The position numbers were made by a program, and so were the translations under genes. Under the pieces are notes generated by a model. It saw nothing but the letters and a program-made list of their open reading frames with translations, searched no databases and was not told the DNA's origin. From Pseudomonadota bacterium (GTDB lineage Bacteria > UBA10199 > 2-02-FULL-44-16 > JBDRGF01), in NCBI GenBank assembly GCA_043818055.1, contig JBDRGF010000084.1, forward strand, positions 1 through 20,552: 20,552 nucleotides of DNA. Direction: 5' to 3'. How positions within the stretch are numbered: the first letter of the stretch is position 1; each line of letters begins with the position of its first letter. This document shows positions 7,170 through 15,971 of this stretch, piece after piece.

Positions 7170-10100
7170 CTACGGCTCAATTATTGATATCTGTCCTGTT
7201 CTATCACCCATAGTAAATCCCTGAGAGTAGCACAGCTTTCCTTCATAATCCTCTTCACGTCCATTCTCAGGATCACAGAGCCATCCCTTCAACACCAGAA
7301 AGACGATCGTATTCTGGAATGCGAATGTAAGATTTTTGTCCAATCCGAAATTTGCAGCTGTGACAAAGGTGATAGCCCCTGTTTCGTGATTAATCGGTTT
7401 TCCATGGAGATAAGCGAGTCCACCTTTAAAGTCGTTGTCCTTTTCAGGACAGCCTGCTGGAATTTTTCCATCGGGGTCTTGTGAGAGGACATCTCTTAAA
7501 TATTTCCATGTGCTGCTCTTTTTTCCTGCGATTACTGAATTATTTGTATTCTTTGCGCAAATTGGTGGAGATATATTGCTGAAGGATTTATCAGTTAGAT
7601 TTATTAGGTAATTTCTTTTTGAAGCGTTGATACTCTTATCCGGAATGATATCCGGTTCATCTGGATTTTCCTGTGGTTTGATTGTCTTAGTAGTAAATGT
7701 TGTGTGCAGTACTGCATCAAGTGGAGGTACACCCCCAGCAATTGGTCCAAAGTAATTATGGATGAATGTCGGTCCAAAAAGCCTCAATCCGATCTCTTCA
7801 AAAGTCACATTTCCATCTATTGTATATGTTCCTGTATTTGCGTCATATAATTCCTGCTTTTCGCCGACGTGTTTGCATAAATGTTCAAATTTTCCACCCT
7901 CCATTTGATCCTTTGTGTGTAATGAAGGACTTCCCCATTTTCCAGCACTTGCATAAAAGAATGAACATGCTCCCTTCTCGCCGGGTTTCACTCCGGCAGA
8001 TGTAAATTTCTTATGACTCTCTCTGTCACATGGATCGATCACTTCGCAATATGATGGTGTAAATGGTCTTTGCTCCGACGGAGCAAGAGGCCCGGGGTAT
8101 GAGAGCGATCCTGTAAAAATTCTCCATCCGTTGGATTGAAGTTTTTCGGGAAAGTTCTTTTCAGGATAATCCTCATATATCCCTTTTTCACCATCGGGGT
8201 TTAAATAGTTATAAGATAATCCCGCAAAATCGTACAAAAGGGGATCGTCATAGTTTTCTTTTGAAGGGTGTGTGCTGATCGCTCTGAAGACTCCTGTTAT
8301 TCCGTCATTGGGTACAGTAAGAATATCTGTCATGGTATCATCAAAACCCGTCGGAATTTTATTATCACCAAATGTTTTTATTGTCATCTCATCGAAGGGA
8401 TCCAGAATCATGGCAGCTGTAAATACCTGTAGGTCTCCCATTTTCAGTTTGCCGCTGTCCAAAAGCGGTTTTGATTCATCATAAGATGCAATGGAGGAGA
8501 GGAAAGGAGTGGTTTGATTGAGAATGATAGCCATCGTCTGTGTGATTCTTAATACTAGGTGTCCCTTCCTTGGGGATATCGCCGAAGCGAGTTCGATTGT
8601 ATATTCAATCTCCTTAAAGCTTCCATCGCTGTTTTGTACAGGAGTTCCATCGGGAGATATCTCCTGAGCTGAAACGACGAGGTTAGCTATGAACATATTT
8701 TTGTTCGTGGATCCGGAGTTTGAAACATCTCTGTGAAAGTTGACGCATCCCATGAATGGCATCGATTCAAGTGTATATGAACCGGGGAGCAAATCGATGC
8801 CAGGAGGTTCAATTTGAACAGGTTTTGGATCTGCAATATCATTCAGAAGCTCTCCTTCAGCATCAAATGTTGGAATTGTGCAAGGAATCCCTTTGCCGGT
8901 GTCGGGTTTGAGAGAACGGATTTTATCAGCAGAATTCAGCCATTGATAAAAATCCGAATCTTCTCCGGTGATCTTGATGCCGGTTATCCTTAAAGTTTTA
9001 TTCGAACCTTGAGCCGGTTTAAGGAAGAGTGGAAATGCCGAATCTGTCGTCTCGGCTGTGACACCCTTGAATGGAAATTGTCCGTTATGTTTGATCTCCT
9101 TGGTGCCTGTGGAGGTTTTAAAATATAGTTCAAGGGGTGGAACCTCTTTGATGCTGGTCCGGCCGATGAGATCGGTTGTTATCGTCTCATTCTTTGCAGT
9201 GATGATCTTGAGCTTTGCCCTGTCGACAGCGGATGAACCGACACCTGCCATAGTCCCATCGCTGCCGATCAGATCCTTCGGCTGGTACGATATTGATATA
9301 AACGCGCTTTCCTCCCTGACTCCTGTGAGATAGGGAGAGAGTTTAAAAGGAAGCGTAACTTTGGTTCTATTTTTGCTGTCAAAACGATTTGAGATGAATA
9401 TTTCATCTTTTGATATCGAGAATTCTCCATTCGATTTTGAATTTTCTATCTCTTCTAACTGTAGTTCATTTATTTCGAGTTCTTCGGTTCCCCTGTTTCT
9501 CAATGCTATGACCTGTTTGCTCACAACGATTTCGGTTTTTGTATCTCCTTTTAAGTCGATAACAAAAAGAGGTGTAGCGTCAGGATTGGTGAATTCACAT
9601 TTTTTATTTCTCTCTCCCAGAGCCTTTCCATCAGAGCTCACCGGCAGAAGAATACATTTATCCTTTTCAGGGCTTTCGCAATTTAAGCAATCAGTCCATT
9701 CATCTTTTTTGTTGCAGGTGATCTTTTCACATTTGAAAAATTTCCTCTTTGTATTGGCGGGGACTGCGATATTCAAGAGTTCAACTTCGTCGATCATTTT
9801 CCCAGTCGTATCTCCATTTTCAGAGACCTCATCAATCGTAACCTCTCCTGATTTATCGAGGGCAACACCCGTTAATTGAAAGGCCTGAGTCCCTATGATA
9901 AGGTTTTCCTCAATTTTTCCGGGTTTGGTATCTTTAGTGCCAGGTCTGAAAGTAATTGATAGCGATACAATTCCCTGTTGTTTCAACTCGCCGTTCGATG
10001 GTTGGGCTTCGATGTAGAATGCACCTTTCTTTGCGGGGATGTTAATTTTGAGTGGCTTGTCGGAGACATTTTTTGCCCTGTATTTCTTTGTGCTTTCAAA

Positions 10101-10934
10101 ATTACTTCCTACATCAGACGCCCCTTGTGATATGTATGTGCCTGAAGAGATAGTGATCTCATTGTTGATTGGAACCGGAATCTCTTTTATCACTCCGTTG
10201 GCATCGACCGAATATTCCATCATGCTGATGTCTTTTGTTCCGCTGTCGCCGGAACACTGGCTCAGCGTAGGGGAAATTGCGCCGGTGAAAGTTGCTGTTA
10301 GAGATGCACCCAAAAGGTATTTGTCTGCGGCTTCTATTATCGAACCGAGTGTCGTCCCGGCGATGAGCGTCATAGCGCCGCTTGCATCGGGTTTGTTGCC
10401 ATTCATGACTCCCAAAAATGGTAACTCCTCAGTCTCACCGGTTGTGAAGGTCAGGTTTGGAACCTGTCCCACAACGCCCAGCGCATCTATGTAAAATGAA
10501 AATCCATTTATGACGATATTGCCGTCAGGTGTGATCTCTCCCTTACCTACGTTCTTTTTTCCGTCACCATCACCTCTAGCATTGATTTTAATTGGAGCCG
10601 GGAGTCCATGTCCCTCGACAGGTATTTCTGGGAATTCATCTCCCCTTAATGTCACCTCTTTGCCGTTTGATATGTGCAAAGGAAACGCAGGCACATCTAC
10701 ACATAGTTTGTCCTCTTCGTTAGTGCCGACATCGATATTATCCCCTTTAAGTACGACACAGAGTTCTGATGAAAAAGAAAGGGTGCAGTCTCCCTGCATT
10801 GTTGAAGATGAAGGCTCCTGGGAAGGCGGTTTATCTGGCGCAGGTTTGAAATATATAGGCATATAATCCTCGCCACCACAACTGGATGAGAAGGATACTG
10901 CTATTAAGGATATATATAAAAATAGCTTTTTCAT
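7170..10934 (-). CDS. Large lipoprotein with ASH/choice-of-anchor-D-like Ig domains
   Basis: 1254 aa. The signal MKKLFLYISLIAVSFSSSC ends in a Cys at a lipobox-like position. KNVSDKPLKI...SITFRP...LTG and RNRGTEELEI...ISYQP...LIG resemble ASH-type Ig domains. Many Cys residues. Confidence 0.85.
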   Translation of the reverse strand: MKKLFLYISLIAVSFSSSCGGEDYMPIYFKPAPDKPPSQEPSSSTMQGDCTLSFSSELCVVLKGDNIDVGTNEEDKLCVDVPAFPLHISNGKEVTLRGDEFPEIPVEGHGLPAPIKINARGDGDGKKNVGKGEITPDGNIVINGFSFYIDALGVVGQVPNLTFTTGETEELPFLGVMNGNKPDASGAMTLIAGTTLGSIIEAADKYLLGASLTATFTGAISPTLSQCSGDSGTKDISMMEYSVDANGVIKEIPVPINNEITISSGTYISQGASDVGSNFESTKKYRAKNVSDKPLKINIPAKKGAFYIEAQPSNGELKQQGIVSLSITFRPGTKDTKPGKIEENLIIGTQAFQLTGVALDKSGEVTIDEVSENGDTTGKMIDEVELLNIAVPANTKRKFFKCEKITCNKKDEWTDCLNCESPEKDKCILLPVSSDGKALGERNKKCEFTNPDATPLFVIDLKGDTKTEIVVSKQVIALRNRGTEELEINELQLEEIENSKSNGEFSISKDEIFISNRFDSKNRTKVTLPFKLSPYLTGVREESAFISISYQPKDLIGSDGTMAGVGSSAVDRAKLKIITAKNETITTDLIGRTSIKEVPPLELYFKTSTGTKEIKHNGQFPFKGVTAETTDSAFPLFLKPAQGSNKTLRITGIKITGEDSDFYQWLNSADKIRSLKPDTGKGIPCTIPTFDAEGELLNDIADPKPVQIEPPGIDLLPGSYTLESMPFMGCVNFHRDVSNSGSTNKNMFIANLVVSAQEISPDGTPVQNSDGSFKEIEYTIELASAISPRKGHLVLRITQTMAIILNQTTPFLSSIASYDESKPLLDSGKLKMGDLQVFTAAMILDPFDEMTIKTFGDNKIPTGFDDTMTDILTVPNDGITGVFRAISTHPSKENYDDPLLYDFAGLSYNYLNPDGEKGIYEDYPEKNFPEKLQSNGWRIFTGSLSYPGPLAPSEQRPFTPSYCEVIDPCDRESHKKFTSAGVKPGEKGACSFFYASAGKWGSPSLHTKDQMEGGKFEHLCKHVGEKQELYDANTGTYTIDGNVTFEEIGLRLFGPTFIHNYFGPIAGGVPPLDAVLHTTFTTKTIKPQENPDEPDIIPDKSINASKRNYLINLTDKSFSNISPPICAKNTNNSVIAGKKSSTWKYLRDVLSQDPDGKIPAGCPEKDNDFKGGLAYLHGKPINHETGAITFVTAANFGLDKNLTFAFQNTIVFLVLKGWLCDPENGREEDYEGKLCYSQGFTMGDRTGQISIIEP

Positions 10935-10953
10935 CGAAATATTGCCCTCTGCT

Positions 10954-10971
10954 ACGCTTCACGCTTCACGT
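10954..10971. repeat. Tandem heptamer ACGCTTC ACGCTTC ACGT in the 5' leader of the lipoprotein gene
   Basis: Seen directly; same unit as at 7158-7168. Confidence 0.65.
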
Positions 10972-10978
10972 ATTCATG

Positions 10979-11005
10979 TTATCGGCGGTCATTCATAAAA
11001 GTTGC
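10979..11005 (-). promoter_or_regulatory. Sigma28 (FliA/WhiG)-like promoter
   Basis: GCAACTTT-N11-GCCGATAA on the minus strand, 44 nt before ATG 10934. Confidence 0.8.
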
Positions 11006-11105
11006 GAATTATTTTGAATCTTACAGGGGATTTTGCAGAGTAGTTAGGATTGGTAAAGGCGCGCCGTTCCAGCCAGGTGCGTCATGACAAGGCAATCAAA
11101 CTAAT

Positions 11106-11131
11106 GTAGGGGCAGACCCATGTGTCTGCCC
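11106..11131 (+). repeat. GTAG-type REP element
   Basis: GTAG-GGGCAGAC-CCATGT-GTCTGCCC, perfect 8-bp stem. Confidence 0.75.
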
Positions 11132-11155
11132 TTTTGATAAATTTGAGAATTTTAA

Positions 11156-11182
11156 GCAACTTTTCAAAAATAGCGCCGAGAA
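11156..11182 (+). promoter_or_regulatory. Sigma28-like promoter
   Basis: GCAACTTT-N11-GCCGAGAA, 14 nt before ATG 11197. Confidence 0.72.
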
Positions 11183-11196
11183 TGAGGTCACAAACT

Positions 11197-14136
11197 ATGA
11201 AAAAAATGATCAGACATCTTTTAATTTTAGCGATAATCAGTTTAATTCCTGCACTTGTTTGGGCTGAGGCTGTAACTGATGAACAGAACCTCTCAGGCAA
11301 GTGCCGGGTCGCAAAGGTTCCGGCAAAAATCATCTGTAAGAAGGGGGGAGATCCGCTCTGCGTGAATACCCCTCCCGGAAGTGTTACTCAGGATTATCTG
11401 TTGCTCTCAGGCTTTGTTGATCGGAGCAACCCCCTGGGAAGCTTGCGCGTTTCTGTCCAAAATGATTACACAAAGGCCTCGGAGGTATTCTATTTATCCT
11501 CATATGAAAATGCCGTTGAAAGCTGTGATGCTGCCAGCCTTAAAAAGGATGGCGCATTTTGCATAGACGATGATGGAAAATACCTGGTCAGGGTGCCGCT
11601 CAAAGAGATGGGACCTTATACTATGGATGTTAGTGCCACGAGGGTTCAGGGAAGTGATTCAAAAAAGGCTGTCAGGACATCGAGAGTTGTTGCCCCTGAA
11701 GTGAAAAAGATAGAATTTTCTCCGAGCATAGATGGAAAAGAGGCTATCAAAGGCACGCATGTCGATGTTGTTTTGTCGCTACTCGATGAGGATTGTCATA
11801 ATTGTGATTTTATTGGAGCATCAACCGGTGGAGTTGAAGTTACAGTGAGCAACACCATCACAGATGAAAAGGGAAATTCGAGGAGTGTAAGTTGTTCTGC
11901 CGATGTTGCATCTGAAGGTGAGGGCAAGTTCAGGGTTGGGACACCGATTCTCGAAGGAAAAAATAAATTTAGGATCAAAGTCTGCAATGCCGCGAATGAA
12001 AAAAACTGCAAACAATATAAGGAGATAGAATTTACAGTCGGAGGAAAAAGCGATGGTTTCAGGATTATAACACCGCCTCCTGCTGCCATCTATGATTCGA
12101 ATTCATATCCTGAGATTCCCTTGTCATTTAGCTGGGGAGAACTTAGCAAGGATGAAATTATAAATATCAGACTAAACACTTTGGAACCAATTAAAGTGGA
12201 AGCGGGAACTGATGGAATATATAGAAAGAACATAGTTCCACAATTCGGTGTCAATATTGTAACAATAGAATCTTCCGAAAGTTCAATGGAATCAAAATCA
12301 CTCGTCTTCGGTTGGGGGAGTGTTAATGCGATCTCTTCCAAGGGTGACAATCTCGCTTTTTCGATCAAGGCAGATACCTTCGAAAATAAAATATTGCCCA
12401 AACTGAACAGCTATCTCGCAAATGGAAAATGGCGGGAATTTTTGAAAAAGCTCGTCGATCTGAAGATGAAGGGGGCGAGCGGCTCCGAGATAATCGTCAG
12501 CACTGAACCCAAAATTGGTTCGGTGAGAATGGAAGATGTGAAGTTTGGCGCAGATGAATTTTCTTTCTCTCTCAATATCGATGATCTTTCTGTCTTTATA
12601 GATATCGCAGGAAACGGCCTTGAAGCGATTCCTCTGTTATTGTCCTTTGCCAAGATCAAAATCGATCTCACTTTTCAACAGAGTGTGAATGGTGAGGAAA
12701 TATCATACCGCCTCTCGAGCCCTCATACGGATTGCGATTACATCGAAAGGGCATATTGCAAAAGTACTTTTGCCCCTATCATTCCGCAAAACTTTGCCGG
12801 CAACGCAAATCCGATAGGGGGATTTCTCGCCTGCAAGGCACCTTCCGGAAGGACTCTGAGCTCCGATATCGAAAAGTTCTGTAACAATTTTAACTCTATC
12901 GATGCCCAGACGGCGCTTTTGAGTGAGACTATTTTGGAGATAATCAATTCAACTATCTCGGGGGATAAGATTAAAGATTCATTAACAGCGTTTTTTAATA
13001 AAGGCGTGGAGGCTGAGCTGGAATATGGGTGTGAAGATGGAAGGACTGATTGCAGTTTCTTACAAAAGCAAGTTGGAAATCTTAAAATACCTTATATGCT
13101 CTCTTTCAAAAAGGGATTGTCATTTTCCACGAATGGTCTGACACTTGGAGCTGGTATCGCTTTTAATAAGGATGGAAAGATTGTTTCATCCCCTGATGAA
13201 GCTTTGGATTATAAGATTCCAGCTCTTGCCGACATTCGACTTGAGCTGCTCACGAATCTGATCAACAGGATGTTTTATATTCTTTCTCAGGGGGAGCCGG
13301 GGCATGCACCTCTTGATTTTAAAATAGACAGAGAATTTTTTAAGTCGATGGGTTTTGATACGCTCGAGAAATGCAAGACGGACGCTTCGAAGGAACCCGA
13401 GATGCTGTGCAAGATAAGGCCACGGGTAACTGAATTTCTTGGCTCAGGGCTTTCAAACTACGAATATTTTGATAACTACTATCCGATTCAGATACGCATA
13501 CAACCCCTGAGACAGCTTCCTCCAATGATGTTTTTAAAGGGGGCTAATCAGCTACAGCTTCAGCTGGGCGGGATGAAAGTCTATTTTTATGCGCTGGATG
13601 TCGATAAGGATGCGGGAAAGGATGAGTACGGAAATTGGAAGGAGATTAAAAAGGATAAGGATGGAAAACCGTTGATTTTAAACCTGCGGCCTGACCAGTC
13701 AGATCCCACTAAAGGCCAGATTATCACAGCGGAGCTAAATTTTTTGCTTAACGTTGTGGTCGATGGGTTGTCTACAGACCCATCAGATCCTTCAAATGCA
13801 GTCATTAGATTAAAAATTGGGACTAATACCGGCGAATCGCCATTCAGACTTGAATTAAGAGCTGTAGCTGGCAGCAATTCTACCACTGTGCCAGATGACG
13901 ATTTGATATCCTCTATTAGGCAAACGATATCCTTAGTGCTCAACACGTATGCAGATCCTAACAACCCAAAGATAATTTCGATTCCTTTACCAAAGGGTTT
14001 TGATTTGAGCAGTTATTCAGATCAGTTCGAAGCGCTCGGTCTAAAAAAGCTCGATCTCGACTTAGAAAAAACCCGCCTTGAATTCATACCCGATGATGGT
14101 TTGATCTTTTTGGATGTCGGTATCCTTGGTTTTTAA
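11197..14136 (+). CDS. Large Sec-secreted Cys-rich protein: N-terminal Ig-like beta domains, C-terminal half possibly BPI/LBP (TULIP)-like
   Basis: Starting at ATG 11197 gives a clean signal peptide MKKMIRHLLILAIISLIPALVWA|EA (979 aa), with GAGGT upstream. The fold calls are pattern-based only. Confidence 0.85.
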   Translation: MKKMIRHLLILAIISLIPALVWAEAVTDEQNLSGKCRVAKVPAKIICKKGGDPLCVNTPPGSVTQDYLLLSGFVDRSNPLGSLRVSVQNDYTKASEVFYLSSYENAVESCDAASLKKDGAFCIDDDGKYLVRVPLKEMGPYTMDVSATRVQGSDSKKAVRTSRVVAPEVKKIEFSPSIDGKEAIKGTHVDVVLSLLDEDCHNCDFIGASTGGVEVTVSNTITDEKGNSRSVSCSADVASEGEGKFRVGTPILEGKNKFRIKVCNAANEKNCKQYKEIEFTVGGKSDGFRIITPPPAAIYDSNSYPEIPLSFSWGELSKDEIINIRLNTLEPIKVEAGTDGIYRKNIVPQFGVNIVTIESSESSMESKSLVFGWGSVNAISSKGDNLAFSIKADTFENKILPKLNSYLANGKWREFLKKLVDLKMKGASGSEIIVSTEPKIGSVRMEDVKFGADEFSFSLNIDDLSVFIDIAGNGLEAIPLLLSFAKIKIDLTFQQSVNGEEISYRLSSPHTDCDYIERAYCKSTFAPIIPQNFAGNANPIGGFLACKAPSGRTLSSDIEKFCNNFNSIDAQTALLSETILEIINSTISGDKIKDSLTAFFNKGVEAELEYGCEDGRTDCSFLQKQVGNLKIPYMLSFKKGLSFSTNGLTLGAGIAFNKDGKIVSSPDEALDYKIPALADIRLELLTNLINRMFYILSQGEPGHAPLDFKIDREFFKSMGFDTLEKCKTDASKEPEMLCKIRPRVTEFLGSGLSNYEYFDNYYPIQIRIQPLRQLPPMMFLKGANQLQLQLGGMKVYFYALDVDKDAGKDEYGNWKEIKKDKDGKPLILNLRPDQSDPTKGQIITAELNFLLNVVVDGLSTDPSDPSNAVIRLKIGTNTGESPFRLELRAVAGSNSTTVPDDDLISSIRQTISLVLNTYADPNNPKIISIPLPKGFDLSSYSDQFEALGLKKLDLDLEKTRLEFIPDDGLIFLDVGILGF

Positions 14137-14353
14137 ACAGGCGCTGAAATTAACCTAAAGTCTTTAATTGAAGGATACCAAATGCCATTATCCATTCCAA
14201 TTTTTCTTTCTTTGCAATCTGCGAGGATAGGGTTTATGAGAGAGCCAATAATTTCTACAAAGGGCTTCTATTTGAGAAGGTTTTTGATATAGAATTAGTG
14301 AGTATTTACTTTTAGTATTCATGATACAGTTATAGAATGGAGGGAAAGAAATA

Positions 14354-15928
14354 ATGTCATTGGAACCAAAAAAAACAGGGCTTAGTAATAGCCTGCTTCA
14401 AAGTGCTTTGAGAAAACGGAAATCCTCAATCACAGGTAAATCTGCACAATCAAAGGATTCGCGTTCAAAGCTTTCTCCATCTAACCGGGAATTTAAAAAG
14501 TTGATAGCAACAGGCCCTTCTCGCACAGGGAGAACAAAGGGTGGAGCAAGGCTGATTCCGATCAGCTATGGTAATATAGTCAGGCTGAGCAAAAACAAAA
14601 AGGCCTTCATCTTCGTAATTATTACAGATAAATCTGATTTGGCGAAATACCAAAATTCCAAAATAGATGTCGTCTATTCCACTTTGCAGGATTACGTAAG
14701 ATTTTGGGGAAGCACAAGGCTCTGTAATGTTTTAAAGAGCGCATGGGGGCTTCCACAGGGAAATGTAGGGAAAGGCGCATGGTTTGTGATTCATAACAAC
14801 AACAGAACTTCAGATTATGATGCATATAAATTAGTCTTCAAATTTTCGAAGTTTAGAGGCGTTTCCTACCTTCCGATCAGCAACGAACTCTATTCCAGTC
14901 TGGCGAATGTAAAGCAGGAAATACGCTTCATGCTGGCAGGTAAGGTGACAGATTTTAATGCCGTTGCCAAATCACCCAATTTAGAGTTTCCGGTTATATA
15001 TTGTAGCTACAATTCATACAAGAGAGCCTGGAAAAAAGCGCTCTCTTCCTGGAATATGCCTGCAAATGCTAAACCTGGGCTTTGGAGTCTTCTGCATCAG
15101 TCTGGCAATACGAAGGATGTACAGCTTGTCATGAGCTTCAGTTCTGCTGTAGCTCCGCCTGCGGCAATTGTAAAACCGATTCAAAGACCATCGCCTCGGC
15201 TACCTGTAAGAAGAGTAGTTGTTTCTCCGTCGGCACTTACGCCAATTGGTCCCCTTCCATCGCTAACGGATTCACTAAAGAAAGCAGGGGATATCATAGC
15301 CTTTTTGGATGTTTTGCTGAGGAGGAAAGGTGAAGCTAAAAAACTCTCAAAGCTAAGGTTGAAAAATCTTTTCAATAGATCCTTTCTCAAGACGATAACA
15401 TTTCTTGCCGCGCATCTGAAGAAAAATAATATGAACGGATACAATTGTTATGTAAAAAAAATATCTCAAATTAAGTATAGAAGGGTATTTAGAATGTACG
15501 GATTGGAAAGATACGGAATAAACGTTTTAAATTTTTTAAAGGAGTTTTCTGATTTTTCCAGAATTCTGCAAAAAGGTATCCTTGGTGAAATGGATGTCGC
15601 TCGAATTTTGCTTATAAGGAACGAATCTAAACGTGTAAAATCGCTGGTTCGCAAGGTTAACTCCTGGATAAAATTGCAGCAGGCAGCTCGAAGAAATAAA
15701 GTTGATATTCGATTTGATATTACATCCACATTTTTGCGAGGTCAAAAAATAAAATACTTCAAAAAAGCCGGGATGCGGATTGTTAAAGAATTGAATTCTA
15801 TTTTTTCCACAACTCTACCTATTCAACCGGTGAGACAAACTATTACCATTAATCCAGAGATATCGAAGATCAAGAGAAAAAGTAAAGCAGCAAGGAAAAG
15901 GCCTGTTAAGGATTTTGGCGCAGAGTGA
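14354..15928 (+). CDS. Hypothetical basic protein, orphan family member A (duplicated Trp-rich domain, Pro linker, helical domain)
   Basis: 524-aa ORF, GGAGGG RBS, alignable with the 18594 ORF over most of its length. Confidence 0.85.
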   Translation: MSLEPKKTGLSNSLLQSALRKRKSSITGKSAQSKDSRSKLSPSNREFKKLIATGPSRTGRTKGGARLIPISYGNIVRLSKNKKAFIFVIITDKSDLAKYQNSKIDVVYSTLQDYVRFWGSTRLCNVLKSAWGLPQGNVGKGAWFVIHNNNRTSDYDAYKLVFKFSKFRGVSYLPISNELYSSLANVKQEIRFMLAGKVTDFNAVAKSPNLEFPVIYCSYNSYKRAWKKALSSWNMPANAKPGLWSLLHQSGNTKDVQLVMSFSSAVAPPAAIVKPIQRPSPRLPVRRVVVSPSALTPIGPLPSLTDSLKKAGDIIAFLDVLLRRKGEAKKLSKLRLKNLFNRSFLKTITFLAAHLKKNNMNGYNCYVKKISQIKYRRVFRMYGLERYGINVLNFLKEFSDFSRILQKGILGEMDVARILLIRNESKRVKSLVRKVNSWIKLQQAARRNKVDIRFDITSTFLRGQKIKYFKKAGMRIVKELNSIFSTTLPIQPVRQTITINPEISKIKRKSKAARKRPVKDFGAE

Positions 15929-15971
15929 AATCACCATGCATACAAGGGGAATTTGACAAAGTTTGTAAAAA

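Noticed and set aside
11122..11196. N-terminal extension of the 1004-aa ORF in the track
   Set aside because: It starts inside the REP hairpin and crosses the promoter motif. ATG 11197 gives a clean signal peptide.
14225..14327. Sigma28-like boxes upstream of paralog A (GCCAATAA at 14244, CATGATAC at 14320)
   Set aside because: No GCAAC-type -35 at the 11-nt spacing, so this is not counted as a fourth site.
15950..15971. Weak palindrome TTTGACAAAGTTTGTAAAA between convergent genes
   Set aside because: AT-rich, short imperfect stem; too weak to call a terminator.
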